This document shows, one piece after another, positions 27,265-37,206 of a DNA stretch of 64,000 nucleotides (its first letter is position 1; every line of letters starts with the position of its first letter). Both the position numbers and the translations under genes were made by a program. The stretch is from a virus: the IMG/VR virus record IMGVR_UViG_3300036818_000107, positions 3,139-67,138 of that record, one strand, 5' to 3'. The notes under the pieces were generated by a model, which worked only from the letters and a program-made list of their open reading frames with translations, was not told the origin of the DNA and searched no databases.

Positions 27265-27594
27265 TCATTTCTTTTTCGTATGATCCGATGTGTGATCCGG
27301 TGGCCTTGCCTGCTCATCCTGCTTAGCGATGGCAGGCAGGCTAACTTCCGTTATGCTTCCTGCTCGCTTCTGCTGTTTCGCATAGGCGTTCTGCTCTTCA
27401 AATGTCGCCTGACGCCAGCCAAGCTTCCCAAGCTCTCCAACATCATGCTCGCGAGCATTAGCAGGTGGGTCAATCTCTAGGAAGTGGCCTTTCCCCTGAT
27501 AGTGCCTCTCTGGTGTGCGCTGTCCTCCAATGATGCCCTCAGATAGAGCAACACGAGCATCTTCATCTATTTCGTGGTATAGAAGTATTGACAT
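27265..27594 (-). CDS. Hypothetical protein
   Basis: Coupled ORF with RBS. Confidence 0.6.
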   Translation of the reverse strand: MSILLYHEIDEDARVALSEGIIGGQRTPERHYQGKGHFLEIDPPANAREHDVGELGKLGWRQATFEEQNAYAKQQKRAGSITEVSLPAIAKQDEQARPPDHTSDHTKKK

Positions 27595-27851
27595 TAAATG
27601 ACCTCCACAGGTACGTATACAGCCTCAAACACATCAGGCTTGCAGATAGACTTTCTCCCCTTTTCTGTGACAATCCAATCACCCGCTACAACTGATGTTC
27701 TGCCTTCAGACGTGTCTATGTACCCAAAGCTCATATCCCTTGGACGAGGTTGATTATCCCTCCAAGGTTTGACCCCGTCAGGCCATGGCTTTTGAGCAGG
27801 ATCGAATTGCACAGCGTCTACAATGACTGGCTTTGCCTGATACTTTGCCAT
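27594..27851 (-). CDS. Conserved phage protein (KPV..AVQF / GDWIV / CKPDVF family)
   Basis: Recognisable widespread motif set. Confidence 0.7.
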   Translation of the reverse strand: MAKYQAKPVIVDAVQFDPAQKPWPDGVKPWRDNQPRPRDMSFGYIDTSEGRTSVVAGDWIVTEKGRKSICKPDVFEAVYVPVEVI

Positions 27852-29296
27852 CAGGCAGACCTCACTCGACCGATTTTGGCAGCATAGGCAGGTGCTCTCA
27901 GAGCTAGCGTCTTATCAGAAGTAAGCGCAAACTGGCGAGTCCTGGCGTTCACTACAGCTAGAAGTGTCGTTTTGATCGGGTTGACCTCTGGACAGAGCAG
28001 AATGTCAGGATCGCGCGGGATAAGGTAGATGTCCTCAGTATTCTGAGTGCCAGTCTGGACTCGGGGGAAAGTGACACCATCACTTATAGCGTTGGTGCTG
28101 CTACTAGCAACAGTAGCCCAGTACAGGGTATTGGTGGTCGCTGGATTCTGAATGAGCCCGGTATCCGTGAAGGAAACTACAGCCGCGTCTGATGTGATGT
28201 CATAAGCTGCGCACACGGCATATAAGCTTGCAGTACCGCTAGAGGTACCACGGAATATCCTATATCCGATGATATCGATCACATTGCCGTCTGCATCGGT
28301 AGGAGCTGGGGTTGTCCAGGTGAGGACAACGTTCTTGGCATCGGCTGAAGGTGTCTGTGAAGCCTCTGCACTAGCAGCAGTGAGACCATAGCGGGTTACT
28401 GCTTCCATGCGGTAGTAGTAGGTAGTAGCAGCTAAGAGACTAGAGCCAGAGCCAGTATTGCCAGTTGTGCTAACGGTTCCCATGGTACCCTGGTTGGTCA
28501 TGAAGCTAGAAATGACGATAGGGATGTTGCGATACGACTCAACTTCAACACCACCATCGATAGCATTGTCGCCTACAGGGGCGCTCGGGTCCCCGTAGTC
28601 GTCTCGCAAGAACATGCGTTTCATCTGCTGAACGTATCGAGCATTCTGGACATGCAACCCATTGGCATATGACTGCATTTTAGGACTCATCATCCAAAAG
28701 TAGTCCATGCCAAGCTCTTGAGCATAGCGACCTCGCACTGCATCAATGGCATTGTCCATCATCTGGAATGCAAGCAGCTGACTGCCCGCATCAATCTTGT
28801 TGGCATTGGCTACCATGAGGTCTATACCATCCCATTGCGGCCTCTTGGTATTGAGGGTAGCAGATGCAGAACCGTAGATGTGAGTCGTCTCCTCGAGCCA
28901 CTCCATAGCCTTCGCATGAGCTCCAAGCTCCAAGTCGAACAGGTTGCCATTGGCGCGTGCGACCTGGACCATAAAGTTACCCAGGTCCCCTACGGACTCT
29001 GTGTGTTTGATCGGGAATTGACCTTGTGTGTAGGTAGAGTTAGAAGCTGCTACTGATCCCGTGCCACTTGTGGGAGGTGCCTCTGTTGTGTGCTGTGGCT
29101 GTGGGAGTGCTGTCCGCTTATTGAAGAAGAAAGTATCCGTCTCCCATGTCTGATGTGGAATGGCTCTTCCTAATGGCCCCCACTTCCGCTGCAGCTCAGT
29201 AAGCACGGTATCGATCCTTTTGAGGATAAGATTGAGAGAGCCTCCCGTTGAGCTTAACGAAAATGTCTCCCGAATCTCTCTAAGACTAGCTGGCAT
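27851..29296 (-). CDS. Major capsid protein with inserted FN3-like domain
   Basis: Follows protease/scaffold; WDGI, VESYRNIPIV; insert TYYYRMEAV..VLTW..GYRIFRG. Confidence 0.85.
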   Translation of the reverse strand: MPASLREIRETFSLSSTGGSLNLILKRIDTVLTELQRKWGPLGRAIPHQTWETDTFFFNKRTALPQPQHTTEAPPTSGTGSVAASNSTYTQGQFPIKHTESVGDLGNFMVQVARANGNLFDLELGAHAKAMEWLEETTHIYGSASATLNTKRPQWDGIDLMVANANKIDAGSQLLAFQMMDNAIDAVRGRYAQELGMDYFWMMSPKMQSYANGLHVQNARYVQQMKRMFLRDDYGDPSAPVGDNAIDGGVEVESYRNIPIVISSFMTNQGTMGTVSTTGNTGSGSSLLAATTYYYRMEAVTRYGLTAASAEASQTPSADAKNVVLTWTTPAPTDADGNVIDIIGYRIFRGTSSGTASLYAVCAAYDITSDAAVVSFTDTGLIQNPATTNTLYWATVASSSTNAISDGVTFPRVQTGTQNTEDIYLIPRDPDILLCPEVNPIKTTLLAVVNARTRQFALTSDKTLALRAPAYAAKIGRVRSA

Positions 29297-30663
29297 TAAA
29301 GTTCTCCTATCTGTACGTTGCCATCGAAGCTATGCTGAGCATCCATCCATCCCATCAACTGGACTTCAAGCTCTTTGAGATCTCGCTCAGCGTTGTACCA
29401 TTCTGGCTTCGGTCTTGACCGATCAAGCAACTGAAGATGAGTATTGTAGTCTCGTAGCTGCTCTTTCATGTAGTCCCCATTCCTGTAATAAGGCTTCTTA
29501 ACGGGCTTGTCTTCAGCATTCGAGCCTTCCACCATACTCTTCCTCTGTGGGGCATAGCGCGGGTTTAGCTTTTGCTGCATTTCAGTGAGCTTCGTCTCAA
29601 AGGAGGTTTGCATCTCAGTGAATTTTGCATCAAGCGTTTCTTGCATGAGTTGCTCTTGCGTCTTAGGGGCTGCGACGGTATAGCCAGCCTCTTGCAAAAG
29701 CTTCAATGCATCCTCTGCAGTCGGCTTGGCCTGAACAGGAATAGTGGCATCGCCTCCCTGTGGTGGATGCTTCTCAGCTTCCTTCTGCTGATTGAGGGCC
29801 TGTTGTTGGGTGAAAGCCTCTTGCAACTCCTTTAGGAGCTGGGCTCTTTCCTCTGGTGTCATAGGTTGCTCCGTTTCTGGAGGTGCAGACTTATCGCCCG
29901 TACTCTCCTTGCATTCTTTTCCGAGATAAGCGGCTAATCCGCTATGCGCGTTTGCTAGGTATTCTAAGGTCTTAGCTGAAAACTTGGCTCCAACCTCAGT
30001 AATACCTAAGAACTTTAGTGCATCTGCACGTTCCATTTTGTCAGGTGCGCATTCTAACCCTATTGCGCATGCGAGATAGTCATGAGTAGTATTGAGTGAT
30101 TGTGGGTAGAGAGCTTCATTAGAGCCTTTTATTTCTTCTATGAGTGCAGTATCTTTAAATGCGAATACTTCACGAACATCTTGTGGTTCCTTGGACTCTG
30201 AGACATATTCAACGCGCGCATTAGGAATACCAGGGGATGAGGTAAAGTCGATGCCAGTCAAGCGTATGTTCTCACCACCAACCATGGGATAGGGCTCGTT
30301 GTTGTCTATGTACATCTCAGCATTGATAGCCCGTAGAGATTGAGACTTGATGTAGCCACCTTTGACCAGATTGACAACCTCTCGGCCTGCTTGTGTGTCC
30401 GGTACATCTATGAGAGCAAAGGCTTGTGTACCTTCCTTGCCTATGGCTGCAATCTTGCCGACAATCTCATTAGTAGCATCCATGTATGCAGAGTCATGTG
30501 AGAGGTAGACAGTGAGAGGAAGCGCATTAGGATCTGCTAGTTGTTCAGAGGCAGCTTGCACAAGACGGTTCACAGTCTTAGCAGGGTATTGCCTGCCATT
30601 AAGGGACGTGGCGTCATCTTCTAGGAAGATCGATTTGATACGAGCTATGCGGTTTTCAGTCAT
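29296..30663 (-). CDS. Prohead protease-scaffold fusion
   Basis: SLNGRQYP, LSH, SLRA, IDFTSSPG, then a coiled-coil tail. Confidence 0.85.
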   Translation of the reverse strand: MTENRIARIKSIFLEDDATSLNGRQYPAKTVNRLVQAASEQLADPNALPLTVYLSHDSAYMDATNEIVGKIAAIGKEGTQAFALIDVPDTQAGREVVNLVKGGYIKSQSLRAINAEMYIDNNEPYPMVGGENIRLTGIDFTSSPGIPNARVEYVSESKEPQDVREVFAFKDTALIEEIKGSNEALYPQSLNTTHDYLACAIGLECAPDKMERADALKFLGITEVGAKFSAKTLEYLANAHSGLAAYLGKECKESTGDKSAPPETEQPMTPEERAQLLKELQEAFTQQQALNQQKEAEKHPPQGGDATIPVQAKPTAEDALKLLQEAGYTVAAPKTQEQLMQETLDAKFTEMQTSFETKLTEMQQKLNPRYAPQRKSMVEGSNAEDKPVKKPYYRNGDYMKEQLRDYNTHLQLLDRSRPKPEWYNAERDLKELEVQLMGWMDAQHSFDGNVQIGEL

Positions 30664-30668
30664 AAAAA

Positions 30669-30768
30669 TAGGCCCCTACCTTATCGGTATGGCCTACGTC
30701 TCTGTGGACTAAAGCTCTTGTGGATGTTCTGTTGTCTACAGTATAGCGACTTTCGATTAGGAATGCAA
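30669..30768 (-). promoter_or_regulatory. Internal promoter and RBS-occluding hairpin
   Basis: TTGCAT-17-TATACT (30768-30740); stem TAGGCC..GGCCTA at 30669-30696 covers the purine-rich RBS. Confidence 0.6.
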
Positions 30769-30954
30769 GGCGCGGGTGCTACTTGCTAGTGTCACTTGGC
30801 AGAAGTCGTGATACATCTGCAAAACCTCTGGCCATGTTTTTGTCTCAACTGTCTTGCAATGCCTACACCGTAAGTGTATCCCTTGTGCATCATAATGCAG
30901 AATAGTGTGATTATTTCTGCAACGTACTTTACGATGCTCATCGGGGTTGTTCAT
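30757..30954 (-). CDS. Mu Com-like zinc finger protein
   Basis: VRCRNNH..IHLRCRHCKT. Confidence 0.6.
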   Translation of the reverse strand: MNNPDEHRKVRCRNNHTILHYDAQGIHLRCRHCKTVETKTWPEVLQMYHDFCQVTLASSTRALHS

Positions 30955-31153
30955 TCGTTTGCTCCATTCTTGCTATCTTCTCTCTTGCTTCTAGAAGCTC
31001 ATTGATCACATCACCTAGCACCATATCAGCATCTTCTTCGTAGGGAGGGATGCGCAACTCATGCTTTCCATCTATAAATTGCTGCAAGGCCGTATGCATC
31101 TCTTCTTCAGTTCGATATCTATATATCTTCTTTAGCTCGGTTATTCTTGCCAT
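30938..31153 (-). CDS. Hypothetical protein
   Basis: Coupled ORF. Confidence 0.6.
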   Translation of the reverse strand: MARITELKKIYRYRTEEEMHTALQQFIDGKHELRIPPYEEDADMVLGDVINELLEAREKIARMEQTNEQPR

Positions 31154-31758
31154 TGTCGATTCCCTTTCGCAACCATCAGAAAGTCATAGACGCTTTTGTT
31201 CCATCTCGCATCTGCAAGCGCGTTATGCTCAGTTCCCTCTTGCTTAGGTAGCTCAGGATTACCTAGGTCATCGCACCATTGTTTCAGATCGCGAGTGTAC
31301 ATGGGGTAGCCCTTGGGCAGGTCTGCCATCGTTCCAAAGAGCTGACAAAATGCTACGTGGTCATAAGCACTGTAATATCCATATAGCTCTATCCCGTCGT
31401 TTGGATTTGTGGACATATGGGCAAAAAAGAAGAGCTTGATCTCATCTCGTATCTGGGCACGTGTACGCCATGGACACAGGCTCAAATTAGGACGGTATCC
31501 AGGTATTGAGACACACTGTCCAGTATCAGCATGAATACTCAAGTCATACTCCAAAGTCCGCCTCTCATGCCCAAAACCGTTCTGACAAGTGGCTAGATGT
31601 GGTAAGACATTCTCTTTCACCCATTCATTCGCTTCTCTTGCATTGAAATCACAATGCTGCAAATACAACTCCCTTCCATCCTCACACGCAATTCCTATGC
31701 TGATTAAATCTATAGTCTTTCCATCCTCTATAAACTCTGTATCAAGAAAATACTTCAT
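31141..31758 (-). CDS. DEDD 3'-5' exonuclease (Rv2179c/DUF5051-like)
   Basis: FLDTEF, AYDHV, HNALADARW. Confidence 0.88.
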   Translation of the reverse strand: MKYFLDTEFIEDGKTIDLISIGIACEDGRELYLQHCDFNAREANEWVKENVLPHLATCQNGFGHERRTLEYDLSIHADTGQCVSIPGYRPNLSLCPWRTRAQIRDEIKLFFFAHMSTNPNDGIELYGYYSAYDHVAFCQLFGTMADLPKGYPMYTRDLKQWCDDLGNPELPKQEGTEHNALADARWNKSVYDFLMVAKGNRQWQE

Positions 31759-31761
31759 GCT

Positions 31762-33312
31762 CTATCCTTTCGGCTTCTCATCCTTCTGCTCAGGAGGCTG
31801 CTTATCCTGTGGTGGTTGCTTCCCATCTTGGTTATCGTCTGGATTCTGATTATCCCCTTGCTGCATACGTTGCATGGCTTGCTGAGCGCCTTGCAGTGAG
31901 AGCTGAGCTTGTTGTGTCTGCTCTTCTTCCATAGTCTCTAGTCGAGCTACAGGCGTGATGATATTGCCTGTGATGATAGCGTTCGTATCGCCACCTTTCA
32001 CAGCTAAGCGACCTCTACCCTCACGTGCCTCATTGATCGTGAGAGAGCCATTGCGGATGCCCTTGTCCTCAACATCTGCTATCTCATTATCGTCTCGATA
32101 GTCTGCTGTATGTACGTCTACTGCCCAATCCTCAATACCCTTCCCTACTTTTATAGCTCTATAATTGAATTTCTCGAGTATTGTCCTCTTATGCGGCGCT
32201 ACTGTGTTATAATCGAAAGACTTCTCTTGACTGTCACCTGTACCACCTCCCAAATTGCCTGACTCTATGATGTTGAGCTGAGCAGGTGGCACGCCATACA
32301 CGACTAGGACTCTATCGCGCTGCTTATTCTGGCTTTTGTCAAAGTCAAGCTCTATAGAGCCTTTACCGTACTCATTGATCTTGCTTCCCCCGTACATGAC
32401 AGGTGGCCTGTGCGCATTCTCTATGCCTGTGTAGTTTTCCTCATACCACTTGAGGTAGCGGCTCCCATCGCTCTCATCAGAGTCAGGCCCCATCTCAACC
32501 CAGTAAGATGGCTTGCCACCTTGGCGAAAGAACTTCTCTCCCCACGTGACCATGCTCCGATCCAAGAATACCGGGTCCTTTAGCCTCTCAATTGGTGAGA
32601 GTGCTTTCTTCTTTGCTTTCGGGTCAGGCAACCACCATCTGACAATCTCATGCGGCTCAAATCGTACTATGTCCGTACTCTTCTCTAGCATCTGAGTATA
32701 TCCTGTGATAGTCCCGTGCTTATCGAAATAGGGCGTCATGGTGAGGCTGTCAATCGGATACAGTGCTGCCACTTCATCCCCTAAATACCCTAATTCACAA
32801 AAGGCTTCTCCAAATATGAGCTCATCTGTTACTATTGAGCGTAAGAATTGCAAGAAATCCTCTTCCAGACTTTCAAATGACAGCAGATCTTTTATTCTTC
32901 CTGCATTCTTTTCGCTCCCCTTGCCCTTCTCAACTTCAACACTTTCCCATCCACCTGATGTCATACGAGAGGCTATCCTATCCACACAGCCTGATACCCA
33001 CTGATCACCAAGATAGACCTGGTAATAAATGTCTTTCTTTTGCCTGTCATCTAGCAGCCCGTCGCGTGTCACGACACTGCCTAGACCGAGTGAGGTGTCA
33101 TCCCATGCCATGCTGAGATTTTTAGGCCCTCTCGACTGTGGAGCCTTCGCACTCCGCTTCGATGCTGCTTCTAGGTTGATGATACCCACATTGCGCTCGT
33201 ACATTTCTGAGGTGTGAGAATTGGAAGGGTACTTAGGAACATCATACGGGCGTTCTATCACACGTGAGCGCCGTTTTCGTGTGCGTAGCCAGTTAGGGAA
33301 GCTTATCGCCAT
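31762..33312 (-). CDS. Portal protein (HK97-like)
   Basis: IFGEAF, LSPIE, FFRQGGKP, YGVPP, TINEAR. Confidence 0.92.
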   Translation of the reverse strand: MAISFPNWLRTRKRRSRVIERPYDVPKYPSNSHTSEMYERNVGIINLEAASKRSAKAPQSRGPKNLSMAWDDTSLGLGSVVTRDGLLDDRQKKDIYYQVYLGDQWVSGCVDRIASRMTSGGWESVEVEKGKGSEKNAGRIKDLLSFESLEEDFLQFLRSIVTDELIFGEAFCELGYLGDEVAALYPIDSLTMTPYFDKHGTITGYTQMLEKSTDIVRFEPHEIVRWWLPDPKAKKKALSPIERLKDPVFLDRSMVTWGEKFFRQGGKPSYWVEMGPDSDESDGSRYLKWYEENYTGIENAHRPPVMYGGSKINEYGKGSIELDFDKSQNKQRDRVLVVYGVPPAQLNIIESGNLGGGTGDSQEKSFDYNTVAPHKRTILEKFNYRAIKVGKGIEDWAVDVHTADYRDDNEIADVEDKGIRNGSLTINEAREGRGRLAVKGGDTNAIITGNIITPVARLETMEEEQTQQAQLSLQGAQQAMQRMQQGDNQNPDDNQDGKQPPQDKQPPEQKDEKPKG

Positions 33313-33324
33313 GGCCTAGTCCTC

Positions 33325-33552
33325 CTAATGGACAACAAGAATTATCTGACCATCCAAGAAACAAGGAGTGAACCCGAGCGCAAAAAGATCTTGCTCAATT
33401 CTATTCCTCTCATGAAAGGCTTTCTTTCTCTCATCTTTATTTATCTGCTTTAGTTGTGCGTTGTGTAGTCTTTCCCACTCATTGACTTTTGAACGCAGTT
33501 GATCAACATTGATAGATTGTTCTACTGTTACCGGCTCTTCATTTATCGCCAT
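33325..33552 (-). CDS. Small hypothetical protein between terminase and portal
   Basis: Shares its first codons with the portal gene. Confidence 0.6.
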   Translation of the reverse strand: MAINEEPVTVEQSINVDQLRSKVNEWERLHNAQLKQINKDERKKAFHERNRIEQDLFALGFTPCFLDGQIILVVH

Positions 33553-34973
33553 GCTAATTCGTCCTCCTCTTCATACAGTTCTCTCTCTTTCTCTTCTTCA
33601 GTTGGCTTGTGTACGACCATACCGCCTACTGCATTCTTGCCACCCATTAGTTCGGTAAACGCCCATACATGCCCATCCAGACGGTCTGGAGATCGCTCGC
33701 CGGGAACCCAGTTACACATCTGATCTTCGGTATCTGAGAATACCCCCACGTGGTGGATAAGAGCACGCTGGTAAAGATCAGAGATAGGTTCAGCTCGTAG
33801 TTGCTTCCCACGTGAGGCTCTTACTGCCTTGAACTTGATACTCCCCATATTCCTCTCTTTTGCAATATTGCGGATAATTGTACCAACCATCTCACCTCCA
33901 AAGTTGATCTCACCAACAATACAATCAGCTTGAAATATGTCATAGGCCTTAACCGCTGCTGTAGCCCACTCATTTGGCGTCCCTACCATACTGTAATCTG
34001 CCAACATGTAGCCGTGATTATCGACTCCCAGACCTGCTACAATGATGCCAGCTTCAGCAGGGTCCTCACTTGTCTCTAAGCTCGTAGCAGGTGGGTCTAC
34101 TGCGACCACAATGCGCTTTAGCTCAGGACATTCCCGTACACGGTTATCATCAATCCATTTCCTCTTCCACAGCGCCCCGTCAATATCATCTACTACATCC
34201 CCATCTATTTCTTGCTTGCCAAGTCTAGTCCCTTTATATTTACGGTCTATTTCATGTATAAATCGTTTTGATAGGTTTTCTCTATTATCATAAGTTGAGC
34301 CATTGGTAACAACAGTGCTGGGATCAGCAAGTAAAGCCTTTATTTCTTTGGTATTGCGCGGAGTTGTAGTAAAAATAGCTTGTGGCTCAACACCAGGCGC
34401 AGGGTAAATACGCAAGCCGAATGAAAGTTGGTCAAATGCGTCCCAATACTGCCATGACGCTAATTCATCTCCCCAAGCAAATGAGTGCTGCGGGCCTCGC
34501 ATCTGGTCGGGCTCTTCGGCGCTGTAAGTTGTGGCATACGAGCCATTAGGCCATATCAAGAGCCGCTTCGATGGGTAGTATGTGGGCGTAAACCAAGGTG
34601 GCGATATCGGAATGATACCGGATCGGCCCTTGATCATCACATCCCTGACATCGGCTACTGTTCTACCGACTAAGGCTATGTGACACCCGGGGTATTCCTG
34701 AGCTTTTTCTATGATCCACTCAGCACCGGATCTGGTCTTGCCAAAGCCTCTACCAGCCTTGATAACCCAGGTAGACCAGTTACCCTCGGGTGCTATCTGC
34801 TTGTCACGCGCCCACGCTCGCCATGTATATTTAAGCCTTAATGCTTGTTCCTTTGGAACCTTTTTAATGTACTCATACTTTCGTTTTTTGCTCCATGAAG
34901 CAAATTCACGAAAGAGCCTGATCTCTTGATCAAGCGTGATGTTACCTTTTGTTAGCCTAGTCTTTATCTTCAT
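33543..34973 (-). CDS. terL: Terminase large subunit
   Basis: AGRGFGKTR, WGDE, TTTP, VAVDP, SPDRLD. Confidence 0.95.
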   Translation of the reverse strand: MKIKTRLTKGNITLDQEIRLFREFASWSKKRKYEYIKKVPKEQALRLKYTWRAWARDKQIAPEGNWSTWVIKAGRGFGKTRSGAEWIIEKAQEYPGCHIALVGRTVADVRDVMIKGRSGIIPISPPWFTPTYYPSKRLLIWPNGSYATTYSAEEPDQMRGPQHSFAWGDELASWQYWDAFDQLSFGLRIYPAPGVEPQAIFTTTPRNTKEIKALLADPSTVVTNGSTYDNRENLSKRFIHEIDRKYKGTRLGKQEIDGDVVDDIDGALWKRKWIDDNRVRECPELKRIVVAVDPPATSLETSEDPAEAGIIVAGLGVDNHGYMLADYSMVGTPNEWATAAVKAYDIFQADCIVGEINFGGEMVGTIIRNIAKERNMGSIKFKAVRASRGKQLRAEPISDLYQRALIHHVGVFSDTEDQMCNWVPGERSPDRLDGHVWAFTELMGGKNAVGGMVVHKPTEEEKERELYEEEDELAWR

Positions 34974-35448
34974 TGTCTATAGCCGCTGAGAGCCCCATGA
35001 GCAGTTCATTCTTGGCCTGCTCTGCCATCGTATTGATTTCTGTATGAATGTTAACCTCTGGCTGCTTATCCCTATACTCTGGCATGCGTGCCTTAGCCAT
35101 GAACTCAAGAAGCCGGTCACTGGGCTCAATCACCAGAGGTAACCTGCCCTCTACATCAATAGTCTTCCCTTTCATGGCACGTGTCCATATCTCAGCACGG
35201 ATCATATCGTTGGCATCTTCTTTCGCCTCGTTGTATCGAAATGAGAAGGTCTCATCATGCTCTTCCCACTGCCTGATTGTCGATCTGTCTATATTCGCCG
35301 TCATACATGCCGCTCTTACATTAGCTGTCATTGAAAAAGCTTTAAGAAACTTCTCTTGCGTTTCTAGCCTCTGTTGTTTTGTTAGCCTGTTTCCTGGGCT
35401 TCTTGCACTCGTTCGTACGTGATGTGATGGTTTGCGGGTATCAGGCAT
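34957..35448 (-). CDS. terS: Terminase small subunit
   Basis: HTH FLKAF..NVRAAC, SDRLLEF..PEYRD; directly upstream of terL. Confidence 0.85.
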   Translation of the reverse strand: MPDTRKPSHHVRTSARSPGNRLTKQQRLETQEKFLKAFSMTANVRAACMTANIDRSTIRQWEEHDETFSFRYNEAKEDANDMIRAEIWTRAMKGKTIDVEGRLPLVIEPSDRLLEFMAKARMPEYRDKQPEVNIHTEINTMAEQAKNELLMGLSAAIDNEDKD

Positions 35449-36820
35449 GGGTAGCCTCCTCTACACGGTCTAGGAGTGTGGCTTGTTGGTTGGTGAGTTG
35501 TTCCCACCTCGTGATACATACGTCAATGTAGGCAGGCGATAGCTCGCAACCGATGACTTTGCGCTCCCCTGATAGGTTCTCAGCAGCTATCACAGAGATA
35601 CCGGAGCCCAGGAAAGGATCAAAGATGATATCTTGCTCGGAGCCATATTTCTCAAATGCCCACTCTGCTAGCTTTATGGGCTTCTGCGATGGATGTACGC
35701 GTCTTTGCCCTTGTTCGCTTTCCTTCATTAAACCATTCCACATGTGTTTGAAGATGCGCACCGCGCTATCATCACTACACCACGCTAGCTCAGCATCGGC
35801 AAAGTTCCCTGTGTTCTCTTTATCCCATACAATCCAACAAGAGGAGTGAGGAAGAGCCTGCGCATAGTAGTTAGCGCCCCACCATATTTGTACAGCCTTT
35901 GGGAAAGACTCGAGGCATAGAGCAGAGGAAGCTATAGCCGTGTCTATGCTATCATCACCAACTATGGGAGCATACTTGCCAGCTTTTATCTTAGGAGCGA
36001 TCCTAAGATTATTTTTACTTCCTGGTGGATTTGCGCCTCCGATACTGCCTCTATCTGATTTGCTCCCAAAGGGCTTGGAACCACCGACGGTTCCAAGCCC
36101 TTTTCTATTCTTCACACCGCCAAAGGGGATATCATATGCCTCACCTCCACCAACGTATCCGTTGGTGGCAACGATATCAATGCCATATGGTGGATCACTC
36201 CAGACAAAATTTACATCAACATTCTTCAGAAGCTTTTCATACGTCTCTTTGTCAGTAGCATTCATACAAGCTATAGTGTGACGTCCCAGCTGCCATACAT
36301 CCCCCAGCTTTACCCGCGTCTGCTCTTCATCTGGCTCAGCTTCAAAATCGTCCTCTTCATCCTCACCTTCATTCCCGAGATACTCATCTCCCAAGCCCTC
36401 TAGCAGTTGCCTCAAATACTCATCATCCGTTCCAAGGCTTGCTAGATCAAACCCCGCGTCTTGTTGTTCTTGTAACAGCTCGGCCAGTGCCCTATCATCA
36501 TCTTGTGCTTCTTGACTATGCATGTTGTCTGCAATTAAGTAGCCAGAAATTTGCTCCTCAGTCCAATCAGCAGGGAGAATATCGGCTCTCAGCTCTGTGT
36601 AGCCTAGCTTTGTAGCGGCTTGCACAATCCCATGCCCTGCTACAATCAAATAGCCCTGTGGCCCATCCTGTACAACAATAGAGCGACCCTGGCCGAACCT
36701 CACAAGGCTGCTCACCAGCTTGGATACTTGCGCCTCTGGATGCTGACGGTAGTTTCTCGGGTGAGCATTCAGTTTATCCAATGGCACTATTCGATTTTGC
36801 TTCAGAGGGCTCTCACTCAT
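35441..36820 (-). CDS. ParB-like domain + N4/N6 DNA methyltransferase
   Basis: HPRNYRQH, IVAGHG, SDPPY, HPSQKP, DPFLGSG. Confidence 0.9.
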   Translation of the reverse strand: MSESPLKQNRIVPLDKLNAHPRNYRQHPEAQVSKLVSSLVRFGQGRSIVVQDGPQGYLIVAGHGIVQAATKLGYTELRADILPADWTEEQISGYLIADNMHSQEAQDDDRALAELLQEQQDAGFDLASLGTDDEYLRQLLEGLGDEYLGNEGEDEEDDFEAEPDEEQTRVKLGDVWQLGRHTIACMNATDKETYEKLLKNVDVNFVWSDPPYGIDIVATNGYVGGGEAYDIPFGGVKNRKGLGTVGGSKPFGSKSDRGSIGGANPPGSKNNLRIAPKIKAGKYAPIVGDDSIDTAIASSALCLESFPKAVQIWWGANYYAQALPHSSCWIVWDKENTGNFADAELAWCSDDSAVRIFKHMWNGLMKESEQGQRRVHPSQKPIKLAEWAFEKYGSEQDIIFDPFLGSGISVIAAENLSGERKVIGCELSPAYIDVCITRWEQLTNQQATLLDRVEEATHA

Positions 36821-36929
36821 ATCTCACCGTGGCATTCTTCTCGACTCAGCATACAGCGCCAACCCATAGCCCACTATCACACCAGCTATCACACCTACGA
36901 GACATACTATCAGTTCATTCATGCATTCA

Positions 36930-37144
36930 CACGTATTCCCTGGTTGGAGTGGATAGACATGAAAACGTTTTCCCTGAATGCCATGCCTATCCTGAAAGAT
37001 CATGTACGATGGGCCAGCTATGACTCTGAAACAAACAAAAAGTTGAAATGGGGCTGACCGATGTGAGCAGCCATTGCTACTCATCCACATTGTAACATGT
37101 GCACAAGTGAAGTCAAGATGTTTAGTGCAACATGCACTAAACAT
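36930..37144 (-). promoter_or_regulatory. Late-operon promoter, upstream inverted repeat and structured leader
   Basis: TTGACT-16-TACAAT with TG (37116-37089); ATGTTTAGTGCA-aca-TGCACTAAACAT at 37118-37144; three leader hairpins. Confidence 0.6.
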
Positions 37145-37171
37145 GGATATTTGTTCTACATGAAAGGCACA

Positions 37172-37206
37172 TAAAAAAGCTCTCTTCAGTTTCCCAAAGA
37201 GAGGCT
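37172..37206 (-). terminator. Intrinsic terminator ending the middle operon
   Basis: Hairpin preceded by A6 on the plus strand. Confidence 0.55.
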
